Shown: one piece after another, positions 24,206 through 32,000 of the stretch | Numbering within the stretch: position 1 is the first letter of the stretch | How the letters are laid out: every line of letters starts with the position of its first letter | From: Candidatus Nanosynbacter lyticus | GTDB taxonomy: Bacteria > Patescibacteriota > Saccharimonadia > Saccharimonadales > Saccharimonadaceae | Assembly (NCBI RefSeq): GCF_030253515.1 | Contig: NZ_CP124549.1 | Location: 60,001-92,000, forward strand | DNA length: 32,000 nt | Direction: 5' to 3' | Position numbers and translations under genes: made by a program | The notes under the pieces: generated by a model | Database searches by the model: none | What the model was told of the DNA's origin: nothing | What the model saw: only the letters and a program-made list of their open reading frames with translations

Positions 24206-26323
24206 ATGGCAATTATTAATCCAAGTGGTAAGGAGATTTTTTCGGTTACGACGGAATTATGCGGGCGGCCGTTGACGCTGGAGGTCAACCGTGTTGGTTT
24301 TCGGACGACCGGTAGTGTGCTGGTGCGCTATGGTGATACGGTGGTTTTGGGCAGTGCTCAGGTGGGCAGCCGGCCGGTGCAGCTAGATTATTTCCCGCTG
24401 TCGATTGATTATGAAGAACGGTTTTATGCGGCGGGTAAAATTTCTGGCTCGCGGTTTATTAAGCGCGAGGGTCGGCCGAGCGACGAGGCGGTGCTGATCG
24501 GCCGGTTGATCGACCGTCCGATTCGGCCGCTGTTTCCAAAGGGCTACCGCCAAGAAGTGCAAGTAGTGGCGACAGTCTTAAGCATGGATCCGGATTTCCG
24601 CCCGGACGTGGTGGCGATGATTGCAGCGTCGAGTGCCTTGATGCTGACCGGCACGCCGTTTGACGGGCCGGTGGCGGGCCTGCGGGTGGGTCGTGTGAAC
24701 GGCGAGTTTAAGGCCTTTTTGACGCCGGAGGAGCGTGAGCAATCTGATTTGGATCTGGTGGTGGCTGGTATCGAGAGTGGTATCACCATGGTGGAGGCCG
24801 GCGCTCGGGAGGTGTCAGAAGAGGTGATCGTCGATGCGATGGTGTGGGCGCACCAGATGATGCAGCCAGCGATTCAGGTGCAGCGAGAGTTGGCAGCCAA
24901 AGTGGCGCCAGCCGCACAAGAATATGAATTAGTTTTACCTGATGAAGCAATTCAGCAGACGGCTGATGCGTGGGTTGATGGCAAGCTGGGCGAGAAAATT
25001 CGCCGACCATATCCGGAGCGCAACGAAATGATTAGCAATATTTGCGCTGAATTTCATGAAGCGATGGCCAAAAAACTTGGCATAGACGAAGAAGAATATA
25101 GTGAAGTTCGCAATGATTATGATGAGGCGTTCACATTGGCGCTACACAAAGATGTGCGCCGCGGTATCGTTGAGGAAGGTAAGCGCCCAGATGGCCGCTC
25201 CTTGACGGAAATTCGCCCGCTCAGCTCAGAAGTTGGTTTGCTGCCACGAGCGCACGGCTCGAGCTTGTTTACTCGCGGCGTGACTCAAGGTATGAATATC
25301 GTGACTTTAGCGCCGTTGAGTTACGCGCAGCTGGTTGATACTATGGAGGTCAACGACGGCGAACGGCGCTACATGCATCATTACAATGCGCCGGGCTATA
25401 CGGTTGGCGAGGTCAAGCGGATGGGCAGCCCGGGCCGGCGCGAGATTGGCCACGGCTACTTGGCGGAGCGAGCCTTGACGCCGGTGTTGCCGAGCGAAGA
25501 AGACTTCCCGTACGCCATTCGCAGCGTTACCGAAATTATGAGCCAGAACGGTTCGACGTCGATGGCAGCGACCTGTTCGAGCTGTCTGGCGTTGATGGAT
25601 GCTGGCGTGCCTCTCTCGGCACCAGTTAGCGGTATCGCCATGGGTCTGATGATGGACGGTGATACACCGTACGTATTGAGCGATATTGCCGATGCCGAGG
25701 ACTTTGCCGGTGACATGGACTTCAAGGTGACTGGTACAGCCAAGGGCATCACGGCGCTGCAGATGGATATGAAGGTGCATGGTTTGCCGGTGGCAGTGCT
25801 GCGCCAAGCGATTGAGCAGAGTAAGGCTGGCCGGGCATTTATCCTTGACCATATGCTAAGTATTTTGCCAGCGCCGCGCGAAGTACTCAGCCCATACGCG
25901 CCGCGGATTGAAAAGCTAAAAATTGACCCAGATAAAATCGGTGCGGTCATTGGCAAGGGCGGCGAGGTGATTAACAAGATCACCAGCGAGACTGGCGCCG
26001 AGGTTGATATTAAGGAAGACGGCTTGATCACCATCGCCAGTCCGAACGGCGAATCAATTGAGAAGGCGCTCAACTGGATTAAAAGCCTGGTCGAAGAGCC
26101 AGAAGTTGGTAAAATCTACGAAGGTACGGTAGTCAGCATCAAAGATTTCGGGGCCTTCGTGAATATTTTGCCGGGGATTGACGGGATGGTGCATATCTCG
26201 AAGCTGGCCGATCATCGCGTGGCTAAGGTGACTGATGTGGTCAAGGAAGGACAAACCGTTCGCGTGAAAATCACTGGTATTGATGAGCGCGGTAAGATTA
26301 ACTTGACGATGATCGGGTTGTAA
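24206..26323 (+). CDS. pnp: Polyribonucleotide nucleotidyltransferase (PNPase)
   Basis: Two RNase PH domains (FPLSIDYEERFYAAGKI.GSRFIKREGRPS, RPDGRSLTEIRPL, SSLFTRG), a KH domain (IGAVIGKGGEVINKI) and an S1 domain (YEGTVVSIKDFGAFVNI). 705 aa. Confidence 0.96.
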   Translation: MAIINPSGKEIFSVTTELCGRPLTLEVNRVGFRTTGSVLVRYGDTVVLGSAQVGSRPVQLDYFPLSIDYEERFYAAGKISGSRFIKREGRPSDEAVLIGRLIDRPIRPLFPKGYRQEVQVVATVLSMDPDFRPDVVAMIAASSALMLTGTPFDGPVAGLRVGRVNGEFKAFLTPEEREQSDLDLVVAGIESGITMVEAGAREVSEEVIVDAMVWAHQMMQPAIQVQRELAAKVAPAAQEYELVLPDEAIQQTADAWVDGKLGEKIRRPYPERNEMISNICAEFHEAMAKKLGIDEEEYSEVRNDYDEAFTLALHKDVRRGIVEEGKRPDGRSLTEIRPLSSEVGLLPRAHGSSLFTRGVTQGMNIVTLAPLSYAQLVDTMEVNDGERRYMHHYNAPGYTVGEVKRMGSPGRREIGHGYLAERALTPVLPSEEDFPYAIRSVTEIMSQNGSTSMAATCSSCLALMDAGVPLSAPVSGIAMGLMMDGDTPYVLSDIADAEDFAGDMDFKVTGTAKGITALQMDMKVHGLPVAVLRQAIEQSKAGRAFILDHMLSILPAPREVLSPYAPRIEKLKIDPDKIGAVIGKGGEVINKITSETGAEVDIKEDGLITIASPNGESIEKALNWIKSLVEEPEVGKIYEGTVVSIKDFGAFVNILPGIDGMVHISKLADHRVAKVTDVVKEGQTVRVKITGIDERGKINLTMIGL

Positions 26324-26383
26324 CTTTTGCTTTTTAGCAAAGTACGCTACAATAGGAGAATATAAGACTAATTGAGGGGGATT

Positions 26384-27262
26384 ATGGACGATAAGAATAA
26401 TAAAAACGTACCACAACCGACAGCAACACCGCCAGCAGCAAATGAGCAGGCTGCTCCAGTAGTACCACAGCCAGTACCATCGGCTCCACAATCGCAGCAG
26501 CCGCTGCAGCAGGGTGCGCCAATGCAGCCCAAAAAGGGCTTGAGCAAGGGTGCGCTATGGGGTATCATCGGTGGCTCAATTGGTTTGATAGTCATTGTCG
26601 TTGGTATCGTGTTGGCAGTTATATTCCTTGGTGGGCCATCAAAGGCTGATTACCAAGAAGCTGCTAAGGCCATGAAAGAGTTTGACGGCAACAGCCTCAA
26701 CTCGGCACTCAAGTCGTCGAATGCTGATAACGCAAAGAAGCTGATTGAAGAGGCGGTGGAGCGTGCTGATACAATGATGAAAAAACTTGATGCATCAAAG
26801 ATTATGCGCGACGAGGAGACTAAAAAATCTTTCGGTGAATACAAAACTGCCTACGAAAAAGTACGCCCGAATTTGCTTGCCATTGCCAGTCTGATAGGAG
26901 ATATGAAGGACTTTTCTAAGAAGTGCGCACCAAGCTTCTTCGGCTATGTCGGTAAGTCAGGAGACGAAGTAAAGAAGCTCTACGATGAAAAGATGAGCGA
27001 CTGCTATAAGCTACTCGATAACGTTGCCAAATCAGAACAGAAAGAAGCACAGGACTTTGGCAAGCAAATGAAAGAGTATTACAAGTTGCTGGGTGACTAC
27101 TTCGTGGCACGCGCTAATAAAGACTACACTACTCGGGTACCGCGTCTACCGTCGGGTAGCTCAAATCCACTGGCCGGCTTTGCTAAAAAGATTCAAGAGT
27201 CAAACCTACAGAAACACGAGCGAGAATTCATCAACTTAGTGAAAGAAAAAGCTGAAAAGTAA
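26384..27262 (+). CDS. Hypothetical single-pass membrane protein with a Pro/Gln-rich N-terminus and a Lys/Glu-rich helical ectodomain
   Basis: ATG 26384 lies 3 nt after SD GAGGGGG; the ORF-track TTG 26372 overlaps that SD. TM ALWGIIGGSIGLIVIVVGIVLAVIFL. No enzymatic motif. Confidence 0.75.
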   Translation: MDDKNNKNVPQPTATPPAANEQAAPVVPQPVPSAPQSQQPLQQGAPMQPKKGLSKGALWGIIGGSIGLIVIVVGIVLAVIFLGGPSKADYQEAAKAMKEFDGNSLNSALKSSNADNAKKLIEEAVERADTMMKKLDASKIMRDEETKKSFGEYKTAYEKVRPNLLAIASLIGDMKDFSKKCAPSFFGYVGKSGDEVKKLYDEKMSDCYKLLDNVAKSEQKEAQDFGKQMKEYYKLLGDYFVARANKDYTTRVPRLPSGSSNPLAGFAKKIQESNLQKHEREFINLVKEKAEK

Positions 27263-27282
27263 TTTTCGCCTCAGCATCAAGC

Positions 27283-27312
27283 AAAACACCTCGCATAGTG
27301 ACGAGGTGTTTT
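27283..27312 (+). terminator. Rho-independent terminator that overlaps the next promoter
   Basis: AAAACACCTCG (27283-27293) pairs with CGAGGTGTTTT (27302-27312) across an 8-nt loop. The T-tail runs directly into TGTATAAT. Confidence 0.8.
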
Positions 27313-27319
27313 GTATAAT
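27312..27319 (+). promoter_or_regulatory. -10 box TGTATAAT, leaderless-type, for the UDG gene
   Basis: A 6-nt spacer (AGAAAT) separates it from ATG 27326. Confidence 0.55.
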
Positions 27320-27325
27320 AGAAAT

Positions 27326-27904
27326 ATGGATGAGGCAGCGCAACTGGAGGTTTTGGCGGCAGAGATTATCGCTGGTGATATTTGTCATGACTTGGCGCTG
27401 CAGGCGACGCAGCTGGTGATGGGTGATGGTCGGGCTGACGCAGACATTGTATTTATCGGTGAAGCGCCAGGAAAAAACGAAGACCTTCAGGGCAAACCAT
27501 TCGTTGGGGCAGCTGGTACATTTCTTGACGAGATGTTAGCCGCAGCCCAGTTACGTCGTCAAGATGTCTATATCACCAATATCGTTAAATATCGGCCGCC
27601 AAACAATCGTGACCCGCTGCCGGAGGAGAAGCGCGCTTTTTGGCCGTATTTGATGCGCCAATTGCAAATTATTCAACCAAAGGTAGTCATCACACTGGGT
27701 CGGCATAGTGGCATGGCATTCATTCCTGACTTGGCGATCTCGCGTGATCATGGCAATCCGCGCTGGGCACAGTTCAACGGTTTGAAGTTCTTGGTAATTC
27801 CGCTGTATCATCCGGCAGCGGCGCTGTATAACGGGGCGTTGCGGCAGACGTTAATTGATGATTTTGTGCGGGCAGCACAACTGGCCGTCCAAGCCAGCGC
27901 TTAG
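27326..27904 (+). CDS. Uracil-DNA glycosylase superfamily protein, family-4-type motifs but lacking the Fe-S cysteines
   Basis: IVFIGEAPGKNEDLQGKPFVGAAGTFLDEML (GEAPG...E...G.PFVG.AG motif A), NIVKYRPP.NR.P and LYHPAAALYN (motif B). There is only one Cys in 192 aa. The ORF-track TTG 27311 lies in the promoter. Confidence 0.85.
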   Translation: MDEAAQLEVLAAEIIAGDICHDLALQATQLVMGDGRADADIVFIGEAPGKNEDLQGKPFVGAAGTFLDEMLAAAQLRRQDVYITNIVKYRPPNNRDPLPEEKRAFWPYLMRQLQIIQPKVVITLGRHSGMAFIPDLAISRDHGNPRWAQFNGLKFLVIPLYHPAAALYNGALRQTLIDDFVRAAQLAVQASA

Positions 27905-27910
27905 GCTATT

Positions 27911-27940
27911 TTGACAAGAGCTGGCATCCTGTGCTAGAAT
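27911..27940 (+). promoter_or_regulatory. Sigma-70-type promoter for RNase J, giving a ~100-nt leader
   Basis: TTGACA (27911-27916), an 18-nt spacer ending in TGc, then TAGAAT (27935-27940). SD GGAG at 28031-28034 precedes ATG 28045. Confidence 0.6.
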
Positions 27941-28044
27941 GGTCTTAATTGTTAAGGGATAGATTTGTTGTACGTTGCCCCCGTGTCTATCACTTGTCAT
28001 TCTAATTTTGCAAGGTATATTTTTATAAAAGGAGAACAATACGC

Positions 28045-30213
28045 ATGGGCCAGAGACGACTTGCGACGCCGAAGGGCGATGATCAGTCAAAACGACCAGC
28101 TGCCAAAAAAAGTAACACAGCGGTGATGAATAGTACCACTACTCGCAAGGGCGAGGTGTTTCGGGCGCAGCGGCGGACGAGCGAGAATGTTAATCTCAGG
28201 GCGTCGCAGCACGTGATCGATATTCCGGTCAATAAATCAGTTTACAACGGCTATGGCGGCGAGCAATTTAGCGCCAAAATGCAGCCAAAACGCACTCGCG
28301 GCGGCAAGCCAAAACTACGGATTATCCCAATCGGCGGTGTCGGCGAAATGGGCATCGGAAAAAACATGAACGCCATTGAGTATGACGATGAAATCATCGT
28401 TGTGGACATGGGTTTCCTGTTTCCGGGTAGTGATTATCCAGGTATCAACTACATCACGCCAGATATCACCTGGCTGGAGGAAAATAAACATAAAATCAAG
28501 GCGCATGTGTTCACCCACGGGCACCTTGATCACATCGGTTCTTTCCGGCACTTTATTCACCGAATTCCAGCGCCGGTGTACGGGTCAAAGTTCACTATCG
28601 GTATGCTAGATAAGTCGATGGCTGATGCGGATACCGATTTTCAGCCAGATTTTCGGGTGATGGATCCATTGAGCCATGAAATTATTCAGGTGTCGAAGCA
28701 TTTTTCCGTGGAGTTGGTACGGGTTAATCACTCAATTCCAGATTCAACGGCGGTGATTATTCGAACCCCGCTGGGTGTGATTATTGACTCTGGCGACTGG
28801 CGATTTGAGGAAAGTCCGGTTGACGGTCAGAAATTTGACCTCAAGCGGATGACTGAAGTGGCGTCCAAAGAAGGCGTCTTAATGTTCATGAACGAATCGA
28901 CCAACTGTGAATCGGCCGGTACGCATACTCACACCGAGTTTGATATTCAATATTCCATCGGCCAGGTGATGGATAAATTCAGTAACAGCCGAGTGATTTT
29001 AAGCTGTTTCTCGTCGCAGGTGCATCGTTTGCAATTGATTTTGGAAGAAGCGCATAAGCATGGACGCAAGGTGGCGTTTGCGGGATTTTCGATGATCCAG
29101 AACTTGGAAGTGGCGCTGCGTTCAGGCACCATTAAGATCCCGAAAAATACTGTCATGAAGATGGAAGATATCATCAAGCTGCCGGATAGCCAGATCACCG
29201 TGGTTTGTACCGGTTCGCAGGGTGAGTTTAATGCCGTGCTCAGTCGTATGGCGACTGGCGCGCATAAATACATGAAGATTAAAGGCTCTGACGTGGTGGT
29301 GTTTAGCTCTAATCCGATTCCGGGCAATGAGAAAAACGTAGTGCGAACCGTTGATGGTTTGATGCGCGAAGGTTCTGATGTGATTCAGAACGGCAAGACA
29401 CACTTGACGGGGATTGGGCCGCTGCACTTGTCGGGACATGGTTATTACGATGATCACGTCAAGTTGATTAACGCGTTGAACCCAACATACTACATGCCAA
29501 TTCACGGTGAATTCCACATGCTGGTGCACAATGCGCGGCTGGCAGAGAAAGAGTGTGGTATTCCGAGGAAGAATATCTTTGTGTGCGACGCTGGCGATAT
29601 TATTGAAATTGATATTGAACGGCAGGCTAAGAAAGCCGGTCGAATTCAGGCTGGCGGCGTGATGTATGATGATACGGGCGCAGTGGTTTCCGAAGTGGTG
29701 CTGAAAGACCGCATTCACATGTCTCAAGAGGGAATGTTTGTGGTGGTATTGACGGTGCAACGCGGCACCGGGCGGTTACTAACCAGTCCAGACATTATTT
29801 CCCGCGGTTTCATCTACCTGCGTGATTCCGAGGAATTGATGAATATGATTCGCCAGTACTTGAAGCAAAAAGCGGCGCGCAGTTTTGCTGGCAAGTACGA
29901 CCTTGATGTAGTAAAGAAAGAAATTAAGGACGAAGTTACGCATATTTTGTACGACCAGACGCGCCGGACACCGATTGTTATTCCGGTAATTAATGAGGTG
30001 GGTGGCTTGAAGACAGTAAAATCGGCCGCTACCTCGAGTGTTTCTACCACAAAAGCACCGGCGCGCAGTAAAAAGGTTGTGACTAACTCGGCGGCGGAAC
30101 CGAAAATGACGCTACCAACTATGCCGCGCCGCCGTTTCCCGCGCCGCCAGGTGCCAGACACCGAGGCGAATGATACCAAGGCTCGAGAGGTCGGCCGAGT
30201 GCGCGCGTACTAG
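28045..30213 (+). CDS. rnj: Ribonuclease J (metallo-beta-lactamase / beta-CASP) with basic N- and C-terminal extensions
   Basis: LRIIPIGGVGEMGIGKNMNAIEY, VFTHGHLDHIG (HxHxDH), the beta-CASP region and HLSGHG. About 90 aa of basic sequence precede the core, and ~60 aa of basic tail follow it. Confidence 0.93.
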   Translation: MGQRRLATPKGDDQSKRPAAKKSNTAVMNSTTTRKGEVFRAQRRTSENVNLRASQHVIDIPVNKSVYNGYGGEQFSAKMQPKRTRGGKPKLRIIPIGGVGEMGIGKNMNAIEYDDEIIVVDMGFLFPGSDYPGINYITPDITWLEENKHKIKAHVFTHGHLDHIGSFRHFIHRIPAPVYGSKFTIGMLDKSMADADTDFQPDFRVMDPLSHEIIQVSKHFSVELVRVNHSIPDSTAVIIRTPLGVIIDSGDWRFEESPVDGQKFDLKRMTEVASKEGVLMFMNESTNCESAGTHTHTEFDIQYSIGQVMDKFSNSRVILSCFSSQVHRLQLILEEAHKHGRKVAFAGFSMIQNLEVALRSGTIKIPKNTVMKMEDIIKLPDSQITVVCTGSQGEFNAVLSRMATGAHKYMKIKGSDVVVFSSNPIPGNEKNVVRTVDGLMREGSDVIQNGKTHLTGIGPLHLSGHGYYDDHVKLINALNPTYYMPIHGEFHMLVHNARLAEKECGIPRKNIFVCDAGDIIEIDIERQAKKAGRIQAGGVMYDDTGAVVSEVVLKDRIHMSQEGMFVVVLTVQRGTGRLLTSPDIISRGFIYLRDSEELMNMIRQYLKQKAARSFAGKYDLDVVKKEIKDEVTHILYDQTRRTPIVIPVINEVGGLKTVKSAATSSVSTTKAPARSKKVVTNSAAEPKMTLPTMPRRRFPRRQVPDTEANDTKAREVGRVRAY

Positions 30214-30240
30214 CTCACGCTTGCTATTTGTTGTAAAATA

Positions 30241-30274
30241 TGCTACAATGTGAATGTCGGTAAAGTGATATAAT
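30241..30274 (+). promoter_or_regulatory. Tandem extended -10 boxes upstream of ftsK
   Basis: TGcTACAAT (30241-30249) and TGaTATAAT (30266-30274). The second lies 10 nt from ATG 30285. Confidence 0.45.
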
Positions 30275-30284
30275 AAAAGTAGTT

Positions 30285-32000
30285 ATGCCAAAAAAACGAA
30301 AATCTACCCGCAAGAAATCAGTTTCCACAGCTCCAAAGCATGATGTGCCGAGCGGCTTTTGGGCGCAAGTCGGCGCGGTGCTTCTCGTTGTGTTGTCGCT
30401 TCTTCTGATGGTGGCGTGGTTTGGTGTTGGTGGCCCGGTGCTGGAGTGGCTACATAAGGCGACTCTGAGCATGCTTGGTTACGCGATGTATGGGCTGCCG
30501 ATTTTGCTGATATATATTGCTGTGGAGATTTTCCGGGCGGAGAATAATCGGTTGCCGCTGGCGATGAAATTAGCAGCCATCCTCGAGGTGGTGTGGTTGT
30601 CTGGTTTGTTTGGATTATTAAAGACACCAACCCGCCCAAATGCTGGTGGATTTATCGGTGATACGGCCAATCGGGCGATGAGCGCCATGGTCGACCCGGG
30701 CATCGCTGCTTTGATATATGTGGTCCTCATCATTATTACCGCGCTATTTATTACTCAGACGTCGCCGTTTATGGTGATCAAGAAAATCGCCGAGGCGCTC
30801 AAGCGCGACCACTCCGAGGAGGATAACAATGCGGCGGTGATGAAGAAGGCGGCTCGTGAAGATGCGGCCAGCGCCAAATCATCGAGCGACATCAAGTTGA
30901 ATGCCGGCGTCCCAACCGTCGATCCGGTTACGCCAAAGGATAAAAAGGCATCGCCGTTGAGCAGTCTGCGTGGTAGTGTAGCGCGGGATAAGGCAGCTGA
31001 GGAGCAGGCAGCACTGGTGGCGGCACACGACCCGAATTGGCAGGCACCGAGCCTTGATCTATTGGAGAAGAAGCAAAGTCCAGCTGATGCTGGTGATATT
31101 CGGCAGAATGCGCAGATTATTCATGATACCTTGGCAGAATTTAACATTGATGTGGAGATGGAAGACGCAAATATTGGACCAAAGGTGACGCAGTATACCT
31201 TGCGGCCGCCGAGTGGTGTGAAATTGACACGCATCACGGCACTGGAGACGAATATTGCTTTGAATCTGGCGGCACAGAGCTTGCGGATTGAAGCGCCAAT
31301 TCCTGGGCAAAAAGCCGTTGGTATTGAGGTGCCAAATCGCCGAGCGGCTGATGTGCGGCTGTATGGCGTGTTGGATTCTAAGCAGTGGAAGAATGCTCGC
31401 GAGCCGCTGAGCTTTGCAATTGGTAAGGACATCTCTGGTGAAGCAGTGGTCGGTGAGCTCAACAAAATGCCACATATGTTGATCGCTGGACAGACTGGTT
31501 CTGGTAAGTCGGTGATGATTAATACCCTACTGACCAGTTTGCTATATCGCAACAGCCCGAGCGATATGAAGTTGATTTTGGTTGACCCAAAGCAGGTGGA
31601 AATGGCGCCGTATGAAGACATTCCACATTTGCTGACCCCGGTGATTACTGAGCCAGAAAAGACTATTTCGGCCTTGAAATGGGCGGTCAATGAGATGGAG
31701 CGGCGCTATAAATTACTGGCGGCGGAGAAGATTCGTGATATTAAAGGGTATAATCAACGGCTAGCCACGCGAGCTAAAAAAATCCCGGTAGCGGACGCTG
31801 ATGGCAACATTCAACAGCACGAAGACGGGGCGATGCCGTACATCGTTATTGTAATTGATGAGCTAGCCGATTTGATGATGGTGGCAGCACGCGACGTCGA
31901 GGCACTGATTGTTCGCTTGGCGCAGAAAGCGCGGGCGGTGGGTATTCACTTGGTCCTGGCAACGCAGCGGCCAAGTGTTGACGTAATTACTGGCCTGATC
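30285..32000 (+). CDS. ftsK: DNA translocase FtsK/SpoIIIE, N-terminal and motor part (3' end beyond the window)
   Basis: Absent from the ORF track because no stop is reached. My own translation from ATG 30285 gives MPKKRKSTRKK, several TM segments, then QNAQIIHDTLAEFNIDVEM, Walker A MLIAGQTGSGKSVMIN, LILVDPKQVEM, Walker B YIVIVIDELADLMM and HLVLATQRPSVDVITG. Confidence 0.93.
   Translation, partial: MPKKRKSTRKKSVSTAPKHDVPSGFWAQVGAVLLVVLSLLLMVAWFGVGGPVLEWLHKATLSMLGYAMYGLPILLIYIAVEIFRAENNRLPLAMKLAAILEVVWLSGLFGLLKTPTRPNAGGFIGDTANRAMSAMVDPGIAALIYVVLIIITALFITQTSPFMVIKKIAEALKRDHSEEDNNAAVMKKAAREDAASAKSSSDIKLNAGVPTVDPVTPKDKKASPLSSLRGSVARDKAAEEQAALVAAHDPNWQAPSLDLLEKKQSPADAGDIRQNAQIIHDTLAEFNIDVEMEDANIGPKVTQYTLRPPSGVKLTRITALETNIALNLAAQSLRIEAPIPGQKAVGIEVPNRRAADVRLYGVLDSKQWKNAREPLSFAIGKDISGEAVVGELNKMPHMLIAGQTGSGKSVMINTLLTSLLYRNSPSDMKLILVDPKQVEMAPYEDIPHLLTPVITEPEKTISALKWAVNEMERRYKLLAAEKIRDIKGYNQRLATRAKKIPVADADGNIQQHEDGAMPYIVIVIDELADLMMVAARDVEALIVRLAQKARAVGIHLVLATQRPSVDVITGLI

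Noticed and set aside
24081-24275. 64-aa ORF spanning the pnp leader and start
   Set aside because: It overlaps the pnp start out of frame, is Arg/Leu-rich, and has no ribosome-binding site. The region is better explained as the pnp promoter plus leader.
25307-26073. Minus-strand ORFs of 181 and 205 aa inside pnp, and a 212-aa ORF at 29122-29760 inside rnj
   Set aside because: They are antisense to unambiguous PNPase and RNase J coding sequence. They are shadow ORFs.

Overview
The window is a gene-dense, mostly plus-strand housekeeping segment of a small bacterial chromosome. I call 31 protein-coding genes and find no rRNA, tRNA or CRISPR.

Recognisable genes, in order: argS (3' part), mscL, pyrH, orn, an MmcQ/YjbR-like gene, dnaG-rpoD (4-bp overlap), a P-loop nucleotide kinase, polA, mutM, holA, rpsT, truB, a type IV pilin, rpsO, a sortase, pnp, a family-4-type uracil-DNA glycosylase, RNase J and ftsK (5' part). 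Between them sit single-pass membrane proteins and orphan soluble proteins. The gene content (pilin plus sortase, many membrane-anchored orphans, a stripped-down core set) resembles a reduced-genome, possibly CPR/Saccharibacteria-like organism. That placement is inference only.

Main observations:
1. A ~1.86-kb low-GC insertion lies directly behind polA. It carries a single GmrSD-type (DUF262+DUF1524) nuclease gene and is bracketed by an 8-bp direct repeat.
2. At least 14 genes have an extended -10 box (TGnTAnnnT) only 6-8 nt upstream of the start codon, which implies widespread leaderless mRNAs. One case is a perfect 22-bp palindrome holding two back-to-back -10 boxes in a 34-bp divergent spacer.
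3. Metal-ligand sets are eroded in conserved enzymes. All four zinc ligands of the DnaG zinc ribbon are replaced, the UDG has only one Cys, and the Fpg zinc finger is CHCC.
4. A catalytically dead NrnA-like DHH domain is fused to a ~330-aa disordered tail.
5. Two adjacent ORFs share one frame and are separated only by a single TGA.
6. An orphan two-gene operon, whose second product has a twin-arginine-like signal, lies next to the pilin/sortase genes.

All functional calls come from reading motifs in the supplied translations. No database search was run.
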